NCBI RefSeq assembly: GCF_000027125.1
Contig: NC_017626.1
Length of the DNA stretch: 64,000 nucleotides
Strand: one strand, 5' to 3'
DNA from: Escherichia coli 042
Lineage (GTDB): Bacteria; Pseudomonadota; Gammaproteobacteria; Enterobacterales; Enterobacteriaceae
How positions within the stretch are numbered: the stretch's first letter is position 1; the number at the start of each line of letters is the position of its first letter. Below, one piece after another: positions 55,194-64,000 of the stretch. Under the pieces are notes generated by a model. That model was not told the origin of the DNA. It did not search any database and saw only the letters and a list, made by a program, of their open reading frames with translations. A program made the translations under genes and the position numbers.

Positions 55194-55961
55194 TTATAGC
55201 GCCAGAACCGCCGTATTCAGCGTTTCTATCGGTGCCGGGCGTGAAAGAAACCAGCCTTGTGCGGCGAATGCGGGCGAGTTCTGAACATCACGCCACTCTT
55301 CCGGCGTTTCTACGCCCTCGACGATCACCCCGCGACAATAGCGATTCATGAGATGTAAAAGCTGAGAAAAGAGTGTGCGTCCTTCCGGCGACTGACGCAG
55401 CATCACAAACAGCTCTCGCGCGATTTTGATGTAGTCATAACGCACTTCACTTAGCGCAGAGAAATTTGCCATCCCGGTGCCAAAATCATCCAGCCACAGC
55501 GGGCCAAATTCACACATCGAGGCAAAGGTTGAATCTTTCGGCAGACGGATGTGTTCCACCAGTTCGAAACGCAGCCAGGGAAGACGCTCAATCTGGCGCA
55601 GGATTTTTGGTTGCTGACGCAGGGCGATGAGCGTAGGGCCATCAATATTGACCGATGCCAGCAGGTCGTGCTCTACAAAGAAGTCGGCTTTTTGCGCCAG
55701 CAAATCAATCTGCTCTTTCACAACCTCCATCCGATAGCTGACGGTGATTTCAGTAAAATAGCGATCCGGCGGCAGGCGTTGCGAAGGGTTCAAGGGATGC
55801 GTGACCACCGTTAATAGCTCCACGGCCATTAACCGCCCGCATGTTTGATAGATCGGCTGCCAGGTGTAAGCACGCTCACACTGCAACCAAAAACGCCGTT
55901 CCTGCAAGCTCTCGATGCTTGCTTCAGGGTTGCTTATTCGCTGGATAACCTGCCTTATCAT
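55194..55961 (-). CDS. pdeH: c-di-GMP phosphodiesterase PdeH (YhjH), EAL domain. The start is taken at MIRQVIQRIS, giving 255 aa.
   Basis: EAL-domain motifs (ELLTV for EAL-like, DDFGTG). Confidence 0.8.
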   Translation of the reverse strand: MIRQVIQRISNPEASIESLQERRFWLQCERAYTWQPIYQTCGRLMAVELLTVVTHPLNPSQRLPPDRYFTEITVSYRMEVVKEQIDLLAQKADFFVEHDLLASVNIDGPTLIALRQQPKILRQIERLPWLRFELVEHIRLPKDSTFASMCEFGPLWLDDFGTGMANFSALSEVRYDYIKIARELFVMLRQSPEGRTLFSQLLHLMNRYCRGVIVEGVETPEEWRDVQNSPAFAAQGWFLSRPAPIETLNTAVLAL

Positions 55962-56107
55962 CAAAGATGTCCTGTGTTTAAAAGTGATGCTGCCCGGACT
56001 CGACAAAGATTATCGGCGCGCAAGGGCAGAACTTTACCGCCTGGCCGGGTTAAATTTCCCCACTCCACAACGGAATCTTTCAGGAATACGTTCTGGCTCA
56101 AAAAAAT

Positions 56108-56126
56108 AATGGAACACTGTTTTAAT
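56108..56126 (+). promoter_or_regulatory. KdgR-like operator in the kdgK promoter region
   Basis: aatggaacactgttttaat matches the KdgR consensus AATRAAAYRNYRTTTYATT at 17 of 19 positions. It lies about 70 nt upstream of kdgK. The palindromic core is aacaCTGtt. Confidence 0.45.
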
Positions 56127-56193
56127 ATGGTTGACCAGCAAACCACCACAGCGCAAACTAACGCTAATTTTTTACAGATCAGGTTCACGACTA

Positions 56194-57122
56194 TGTCCAA
56201 AAAGATTGCCGTGATTGGCGAATGCATGATTGAGCTTTCCGAGAAAGGCGCGGACGTTAAGCGCGGTTTCGGCGGCGATACCCTGAACACCTCCGTCTAT
56301 ATCGCCCGTCAGGTCGATCCTGCGGCATTAACCGTTCATTACGTAACGGCGCTGGGAACGGACAGTTTTAGCCAGCAAATGCTGGACGCCTGGCACGGCG
56401 AGAACGTTGATACTTCCCTGACCCAACGGATGGAAAACCGTCTTCCGGGCCTTTACTACATTGAAACCGACAGCACCGGCGAACGTACGTTCTACTACTG
56501 GCGTAACGAAGCCGCCGCCAAATTCTGGCTGGAGAGCGAGCAGTCTGCGGCGATTTGCGAAGAGCTGGCGAATTTCGATTATCTCTACCTGAGCGGGATT
56601 AGCCTGGCGATCTTAAGCCCGACCAGCCGCGAGAAACTGCTTTCTTTGTTGCGCGAATGCCGCGCCAACGGCGGAAAAGTAATTTTCGACAATAACTATC
56701 GTCCGCGCCTGTGGGCCAGCAAAGAAGAGACACAGCAGGTGTACCAGCAAATGCTGGAATGCACGGATATCGCCTTCCTGACGCTGGACGACGAAGACGC
56801 GCTATGGGGTCAACAGCCGGTGGAAGACGTCATTGCGCGCACCCATAACGCGGGCGTGAAAGAAGTGGTGGTGAAACGCGGGGCGGATTCTTGCCTGGTG
56901 TCCATTGCTGGCGAAGGGTTAGTGGATGTTCCGGCGGTGAAACTGCCGAAAGAAAAAGTGATCGATACCACCGCAGCTGGCGACTCTTTCAGTGCCGGTT
57001 ATCTGGCGGTACGTTTGACGGGCGGCAGTGCGGAAAACGCGGCGAAACGCGGGCACCTGACCGCAAGTACCGTTATTCAGTATCGCGGCGCGATTATCCC
57101 GCGTGAGGCAATGCCGGAATAA
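56194..57122 (+). CDS. kdgK: 2-dehydro-3-deoxygluconokinase KdgK. The start is taken at MSKKIAVIGECMIELSE, giving 309 aa.
   Basis: PfkB-family sugar kinase with the GAGDSF motif near the C-terminus. Confidence 0.85.
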
Positions 57123-57678
57123 TGGTTTTTGACGGAGAACGGGTAGATATTCGTTCTCCGTTAATCGCCTTGCAGGGGTGAACCGAACTATGCTGATAAT
57201 TTGAAGTAAACTGCTGACGCATATCATTCAAACTACGCGTAAATTTAAGCGGGTTCTCACCTTTAATTTCGACCGTGACGAAGACATTCCCATTGTTGTT
57301 AAAGAAGCCAAAATAATAGTCATGTTGATGACGACGATTGGTTTTAAATTGACGAAATGATAAATAGCAGCGGTTATCGTAGGTAATTAAAAAATCATTT
57401 TCTCCGTATTCGTTTATCATCTTATTTTTCAGGCTACCATCGAAGAGCACTGCATACTTATCTTTGTCAGCAAATAATTCGGCATCAGTTTCTCGGTTGA
57501 TCGTGTTGACGCTGATACCGAATTCTATTTTTACCTTGTCTTTATCGATATTATTTCTTGTGCTGACATACATATTATTGGCATCCCAGAGTAAGAGAAA
57601 GTTTTTGTTGCAGGAATAAAGACCTGTTAAGCAAAGAATGACTGTTAGCAAGAATAGTATGCGTTTTTTGTTACGCAT
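57094..57678 (-). CDS. Hypothetical lipoprotein (accessory insert gene 5 of 5). Its last 29 nt overlap the kdgK 3' end in antisense.
   Basis: ATG start with the AGGAG SD 5 nt upstream. The signal peptide MRNKKRILFLLTVILCLTGLYSC is followed by a Cys. AT-rich codon usage differs from the flanking genes. Confidence 0.55.
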   Translation of the reverse strand: MRNKKRILFLLTVILCLTGLYSCNKNFLLLWDANNMYVSTRNNIDKDKVKIEFGISVNTINRETDAELFADKDKYAVLFDGSLKNKMINEYGENDFLITYDNRCYLSFRQFKTNRRHQHDYYFGFFNNNGNVFVTVEIKGENPLKFTRSLNDMRQQFTSNYQHSSVHPCKAINGERISTRSPSKTIIPALPHAG

Positions 57679-57739
57679 TTATACTCCTGAAAATGCGTTG
57701 AGGTCGCAAATATAATTAAATAGTCTGACATAAATAAAA

Positions 57740-58060
57740 TTAATTCCCTATCAATAATACATCTGCGACTTTTCTTGGTCCTTCGTAGATCTCAAATGCC
57801 TCGTACTTAGTCATCCATTGTTCAGGGGCGGTATCGAAAAGGAACTGAACGCACCCCATTGAAACGATACGTCCATCGGTTACATTAGGTTTTTCCAATT
57901 CAAAAACAACGCTCCATGCATTATTTTGCCAGTCAGTTTTCTCCTCTGGAAACCTGGAGACGGGATAATATCTACCGATAGGAGGTGCGCTCCTTCTGCC
58001 ACCTTCATTTTCTGTAAGCCAAACAACCTTTACACGATACATATGTTTCCATTCATTCAT
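57740..58060 (-). CDS. Hypothetical protein, 106 aa (accessory insert gene 4 of 5)
   Basis: ATG start 3 nt after the stop of the upstream gene, suggesting translational coupling. No signal peptide. AT-rich. Confidence 0.5.
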   Translation of the reverse strand: MNEWKHMYRVKVVWLTENEGGRRSAPPIGRYYPVSRFPEEKTDWQNNAWSVVFELEKPNVTDGRIVSMGCVQFLFDTAPEQWMTKYEAFEIYEGPRKVADVLLIGN

Positions 58061-58063
58061 TAA

Positions 58064-58543
58064 TTAAATTAAGTGTGAATTATATAATATTGCCACCCCA
58101 TGCGATCTTTCCCATTTTAGTCCATCAACTAATAATGATAGAAAAGAATACTGGAAGCTTATATTTTTAATCACTTCTATTTTTTCATCATCTAATGACA
58201 AGATTACCCACCCCCCGTAATTTTTGCTAACCAGGTTGTTAATAAATTTAATTATAGGATTGGTTGAAATATCCTTTCCTTTATTCACAGCCATTTCCAG
58301 GTCATCGACTAAAGAACCATTGAAGTTGTAAACATGATATTCATTAAAGTCTATGTGCTCATCTAAAGGTGGGCCATAAGTAATCGGTAGATTGCATCTC
58401 TGCAAAAGATGATGATTACACCAGGCGTATACCGGAGGGTCGCGATGAAAGGTTTCCCCACCCCAGTGAACCATAACCTCTTGTAGATCTAGTTCCTCTG
58501 GAGCGAATCGTGTAGGGAGTAAAATATCCAAGTGAAAATCCAT
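58064..58543 (-). CDS. Hypothetical protein, 159 aa (accessory insert gene 3 of 5)
   Basis: ATG start. The uninterrupted ORF lies in an AT-rich block. I recognise no motif. Confidence 0.5.
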   Translation of the reverse strand: MDFHLDILLPTRFAPEELDLQEVMVHWGGETFHRDPPVYAWCNHHLLQRCNLPITYGPPLDEHIDFNEYHVYNFNGSLVDDLEMAVNKGKDISTNPIIKFINNLVSKNYGGWVILSLDDEKIEVIKNISFQYSFLSLLVDGLKWERSHGVAILYNSHLI

Positions 58544-58642
58544 AGCCTATCCTAAATTTGGCACCCATAACATAAACTGTGTAAGAATCAACGACTGCCC
58601 CCCCAAAAATGGGAAAATTTACTTATTATGCAAAGTTACTTA

Positions 58643-58897
58643 TTAAGAAGCCCATTCCTCATTTTTTGGCAAATAGCCCTTTCGCCAACAGGTCAGAATC
58701 TTAAAACTCGCTCGCAAATAAAATTTATTAGCCGAATCGTTTTTAACCATTCTGACTAATGTCATCTCACCCGTTCTTTTATCTATCACGAACTCGCCGT
58801 AATCAGATCTACAATAGTCAGAAGATGTAGGTCCAAATTCATATTTTACTACTTTATCAGTTTCTTCAATTTTCAATATTTCTATATGATAGGCCAT
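58643..58897 (-). CDS. Hypothetical protein, 84 aa (accessory insert gene 2 of 5)
   Basis: Its ATG overlaps the TAA stop of the upstream gene (ATAATGG), a sign of translational coupling. Confidence 0.5.
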   Translation of the reverse strand: MAYHIEILKIEETDKVVKYEFGPTSSDYCRSDYGEFVIDKRTGEMTLVRMVKNDSANKFYLRASFKILTCWRKGYLPKNEEWAS

Positions 58898-59322
58898 TAT
58901 TTAACACCATCTATTGCCTGGCATCGTATACAGCTAAAACCAGTAGCTAAAATCTCAACATAACTATCATAACCTGCTATAATATAATGTTTTAACTTTA
59001 ACCGTTTTTTAGGGTCATATAATCTCTCTTTTTCTTCAAGCGGTACAGAATTCATTACTTGATATATACCGGAGTCCAGATTTTCACCATCAACCTTCTT
59101 AATAACAATATTGTTATAGTTGGCTTCATGAAAATTGACGGTAGCACACTTAACTTCAGCAACTGTAGTGAAGACCAGTTCAATTTGAACATAATCTTTC
59201 TCTGTTGATATTAACTCCAGAGCATCTACTTTAATGTTGACGCCATCAGACTCTGTATATGTTAAAGATAAATAAGTTGTGGAAATCCTGAATCCAATCG
59301 ATTGTGATTTTAACACAAGCAT
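58897..59322 (-). CDS. Hypothetical protein, about 141 aa (accessory insert gene 1 of 5). ATG at 59322 is preferred over the GTG at 59346 used by the ORF track.
   Basis: The strong SD GGAAGGAG lies 7 nt upstream of ATG 59322. This is the first gene of the minus-strand cluster. Confidence 0.5.
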   Translation of the reverse strand: MLVLKSQSIGFRISTTYLSLTYTESDGVNIKVDALELISTEKDYVQIELVFTTVAEVKCATVNFHEANYNNIVIKKVDGENLDSGIYQVMNSVPLEEKERLYDPKKRLKLKHYIIAGYDSYVEILATGFSCIRCQAIDGVK

Positions 59323-59492
59323 AAACTCACTCCTTCCAGTAGGCACAGGTATAATTTATTCAGCTAATAAATAATTAAACCCACTCTACGGTAAGTTTAT
59401 TTTAATAATGAATGGTTATCTGCGCGCTACCGCCGTGCCCGGAAAAATATCTGCGGTTATATCACGGTAACTAATTTATTACCGTTAATCCC

Positions 59493-59518
59493 GGCAGCGC
59501 AGAAGAAACGCTGCCGGG
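59493..59518. terminator. Hairpin just downstream of the yhjJ stop (candidate terminator / insert boundary)
   Basis: cccggcagcg cagaagaaac gctgccggg is a 10-bp GC-rich stem. Only a weak U-tract is present. Confidence 0.35.
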
Positions 59519-59525
59519 TTATTTA

Positions 59526-61022
59526 TTACTGTGCGGGGGGAATATCCGTCACTTCAGGATGTACGTCATCCGTGGCGACAGAGGTGGTCGCAGCGGCGGT
59601 AGATGGGGTCATGATTTGATCCCAGGCCGCCTGCAACGCTTTCATGTTAAATTCCGGCTCGCCTTTCGGCTGCAGAAGTATTAACGCCATATCATTCGAC
59701 AACTGCTGACGCAGATCCTGATTTAACATCTCCACCGTCAGGCTGTTAAGGAAGTCCTGGCGCAGTTTCTGATATTGCTCCGGCGCGATATCAACGACCT
59801 GATTTTGCAACGAACGCATCCGCTGACCCATCAGAATATCGGTATCAGCTCGCGCATAGGCGGCAAACAGTTTCTGCAGCTCCAGTTTCTTTTGCGCCAC
59901 TAACGCATTGAACTCTTCTTCCGGCAGACCTTTATCGCGAACCTTCGCCAGTTCACGCGCCACCAGATTAAGGTTGCTGCTCAGCTTGTCGTTTGGTGAT
60001 TCGATGTTAATGGCACACTGCGCACGCAGATACAGCACACGACAGTCAAATCCAAGACCGATATCTTTGCTGTTACTGGCGCTTAACGCTTGCTGAACAT
60101 GCCAGAACAGCGCCTCACGGGCCAGGTCCGCACGCCAGTAGCGCAGCAGTGCGGCTGATTCACGAATCGGCTGCCACGGCGTATCCCACATGATTGATAA
60201 CCGGTCCTGACGCACCGCGTCAGTCATAATACTCACCGCTTCCGCACGCAGCGGAGAAAGCGTCGGCACCGGAGCCGGTGTTTCACGTTTGCCTTTCAGT
60301 TCGCCAAACGTTTTATTGATTTGGTCGACGACCGAGCGCGCATCCACGTTTCCCACCACCAGCAGCGTCATTGCATCCGGGGTATACCATTTCTGATAGA
60401 AATCTTTAATCTTTTCCGCTTCAACGGGTTGTTTCAGCGGATCGGCAGGATCGTGACCTAACAAGGTTGATCCTTTCAGACGATAGCGCCACCAGCCCTC
60501 TTTAGTATCGGCAGGCCAGGTTGCCACCATGTCCTGACTTTGCAGCGCGTGGTTGATGGTTTCTGGCGTGATAGTCAGTTTGCCAGTGGCATTTGCCAGA
60601 TAAGAGAGCGCTTCTTTCAGCAAGTCGTTACGGTTATTGGGCAAACTCAGATTAAACAGCGTGGTGTCATAAGAGACAATTACCGGCGGCATCGGGCGTT
60701 TAGGGTCGATCCCCTGCTGCCACAATGAACGCGCCTGTGCTGCTTCAAGGCCACCGCTTTGCGTTAACGCAATACGAGGGATGGCGTGGCTGTAACCGCT
60801 CTGTTGTGTACTTTCGGCGAGCGAACCGGTATTAACCAGCAGGCGAATTTCAACACGATCGCTGGGACGCTGGGGTGTGGTCAGCACTTGCCACTGTAAA
60901 CCGTTGGAAAGCGTCCCCTGTTGCCATGCTGGATCAGGCTGGAGCGCATCTGCCTGCACATAGCCAGCAGTGGCCATCATCAGCAAACCGCCCGCTAAAA
61001 GTCGAATTTTTGTGCCCTGCAT
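59526..61022 (-). CDS. yhjJ: Periplasmic M16-family (pitrilysin-like) zinc protease homologue YhjJ
   Basis: 498 aa with a signal peptide. Length and synteny match yhjJ upstream of dctA. Confidence 0.85.
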   Translation of the reverse strand: MQGTKIRLLAGGLLMMATAGYVQADALQPDPAWQQGTLSNGLQWQVLTTPQRPSDRVEIRLLVNTGSLAESTQQSGYSHAIPRIALTQSGGLEAAQARSLWQQGIDPKRPMPPVIVSYDTTLFNLSLPNNRNDLLKEALSYLANATGKLTITPETINHALQSQDMVATWPADTKEGWWRYRLKGSTLLGHDPADPLKQPVEAEKIKDFYQKWYTPDAMTLLVVGNVDARSVVDQINKTFGELKGKRETPAPVPTLSPLRAEAVSIMTDAVRQDRLSIMWDTPWQPIRESAALLRYWRADLAREALFWHVQQALSASNSKDIGLGFDCRVLYLRAQCAINIESPNDKLSSNLNLVARELAKVRDKGLPEEEFNALVAQKKLELQKLFAAYARADTDILMGQRMRSLQNQVVDIAPEQYQKLRQDFLNSLTVEMLNQDLRQQLSNDMALILLQPKGEPEFNMKALQAAWDQIMTPSTAAATTSVATDDVHPEVTDIPPAQ

Positions 61023-61241
61023 GTGAACCCCTGATCAACTATCCTGGTAATAAAAAACTGCCCGTTGTCGGTCAGTCTAAATGACGTTAAAAACACTTCG
61101 TGTTAGACCGCAAGAACATGAAAATGTCACGGAAGAAGTGAAATAAACCTGAACTCACCCAGGTGGTAAGTTCAGGCACAGGGGTCAATTATGCGCAAAC
61201 ACCCGCACTCGGGGAAGGGAGTGCGGGCATAAGTGATGAGA

Positions 61242-62564
<1,323 letters not shown>

Positions 62565-62710
62565 TTATGGGGTACCTGCGGCCTTAAAATAACACCCAGA
62601 CAACATCACAGAAATGTACCTGGATCATAATTGAAACAAAAAGGTTAAAAAGTTTGAGCTGGCTCGCACAAACCAGCACTTTTTAAAGTTTTGTAATCAG
62701 TTTGGGGTAG

Positions 62711-64000
62711 CTACTTTTCTTCCAGGTAACTCTCTTCGAAGATTTCAATAGGGAGTGGGCGAGCAAAAAGGAAGCCCTGGGCAATACCAACGCCCGCTTT
62801 TGCCAGCCAGTCGCGTTGTGCTTCAGTCTCCACGCCTTCGGCAATCATTTGTAAGTTCAGGCTTTGCGCCAACATGATAATTGCAGCAATCATGCTGCTA
62901 TCTTCCGGCAAGCCTTCAACAAACATTTTGTCGATTTTTAACACGTCGATTGGCAACGATTTCATATGCTGCAGCTGACGCAGCCCTGCGTAGCCCATGC
63001 CGAAATCATCCAGCGCCACCCGAACTCCGGCATTGCGCAGCGGACGGAGGATTGCCACCGCAGCATGAGGGTCGTCAATACGTCGGCTTTCTGTCACTTC
63101 CAGAATCAGTGTTCCCGGCTGAATGCGATAGCGGGTTAACAGTTCCAGCATATCCGCCACCATATTCGGGTGCATCAGTTGCAGCGCAGAGAGGTTTACC
63201 GACAAGGGCAGCATAATGCCGCGCTCTTGCCAGGCTGCAAGCAATCGACAGGACTCTTCCAGCACCCAGTGACCGACGGTAACCATCAGCCCACAGCACT
63301 CAATGCGATCGATTAAGCCATCCGGCAGATCCCAACTGCCATCCGGTTGCTGGATACGCAGTAACACTTCCGCACTGACCAGTTTACCGCTGTTCATCTC
63401 GACCTGTGGCTGTAACCAAATCGCAAACTGATGATTTTCCAGCGCATTAAGGATATCGCTCTCTTCCGTCAACCGCTGCTGGGCGGCTTCCATCTGCTGC
63501 GGATCAAAGAACTGAATCTGATTCTTGCCTTTATGGCGAGCGGTAAATGCCGCAGAAATAGCGCGACTGTAAAGCTGTTCGGCGGTGAGATCGCCGTAGA
63601 ACATCGCCACGCCAATGCTACAGTGCGGACGGAGTTGAATACGTTCAATCGGCAGGCGCTCGCTCATGATAGTGAGCACTTGCTGACCTAAAGTGATTGC
63701 GTGCCACGGTTCCTGTACACCATTGGCAATGACAGCAAAGTCATAACCACTAATCTGCGCGAGGATCATACGTGGCGACAGTACCGATTTGAGTTTTTCC
63801 ACCAGCGTCAGCAGCAGAATTTCTCGTTGCGCCTCTTTCAGCACGCCCGCAGTATCACGCAGGGTTTCACAGGTGATGATCATCAGCGCGGTGGTTTGTT
63901 TACGCGCGACAACCTGCTCCAGCATCTCCATCAGCAAGGCTTTGTTCGGCAAATCCGACACCGGGAAGCGCATCGCGTTTTCGTTCTGTTCTTCATAATG
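62711..64000 (-). CDS. pdeK: c-di-GMP phosphodiesterase PdeK (YhjK), C-terminal GGDEF-like and EAL part. The gene is partial because the N-terminus lies beyond the window end.
   Basis: EAL-domain motifs ([22 protein letters not shown]) are present. The reading frame stays open to the window edge. Confidence 0.75.
   Translation of the reverse strand, partial: HYEEQNENAMRFPVSDLPNKALLMEMLEQVVARKQTTALMIITCETLRDTAGVLKEAQREILLLTLVEKLKSVLSPRMILAQISGYDFAVIANGVQEPWHAITLGQQVLTIMSERLPIERIQLRPHCSIGVAMFYGDLTAEQLYSRAISAAFTARHKGKNQIQFFDPQQMEAAQQRLTEESDILNALENHQFAIWLQPQVEMNSGKLVSAEVLLRIQQPDGSWDLPDGLIDRIECCGLMVTVGHWVLEESCRLLAAWQERGIMLPLSVNLSALQLMHPNMVADMLELLTRYRIQPGTLILEVTESRRIDDPHAAVAILRPLRNAGVRVALDDFGMGYAGLRQLQHMKSLPIDVLKIDKMFVEGLPEDSSMIAAIIMLAQSLNLQMIAEGVETEAQRDWLAKAGVGIAQGFLFARPLPIEIFEESYLEEK

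Overview
This window matches an Escherichia coli chromosomal segment in the K-12 gene order yhiM-yhiN-pitA-uspBA-dtpB-rsmJ-prlC-rlmJ-gor-dinQ/agrAB-ars-yhiS-slp-dctR-[chu island]-yhiD-hdeBA-hdeD-gadE-mdtEF-gadW-gadY-gadX-gadA-yhjA-treF-yhjB-yhjC-yhjD-yhjE-yhjG-pdeH-kdgK-[insert]-yhjJ-dctA-pdeK(partial). Gene identities come from reading the translated ORFs against remembered E. coli proteins; no database search was possible. Four blocks differ from the K-12 arrangement as I remember it.

(1) The ars operon is the five-gene R773-like arsRDABC rather than arsRBC.

(2) A divergent pair follows it: an ArsR-family regulator with a C-terminal Cys cluster, and a permease carrying the ArsP-type TPFCSCS motif plus three vicinal Cys-Cys pairs. 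yhiS is then intact, with no IS5.

(3) The chu haem-uptake and utilisation island (chuS, chuA, chuT, chuW, chuX, chuY, chuU, chuV) lies between dctR and yhiD, with Fur boxes in the chuA/chuT divergent region.

(4) A compact, AT-rich operon of five small hypothetical proteins on the minus strand sits between kdgK and yhjJ. I recognise none of the five, and their composition differs from the flanking core genes. This insert is the best candidate for an undescribed accessory system, possibly orphan immunity or defence-like.

Smaller features supported by the sequence include the dinQ type I toxin with its agrA/agrB repeat sRNAs and terminators, the gadY sRNA overlapping the gadX 3' end, a sigma-32 promoter for prlC, an exact FNR half-site palindrome upstream of yhjA, a GAD box upstream of gadA, a KdgR-like operator upstream of kdgK, REP/BIME clusters, and several rho-independent terminator hairpins.
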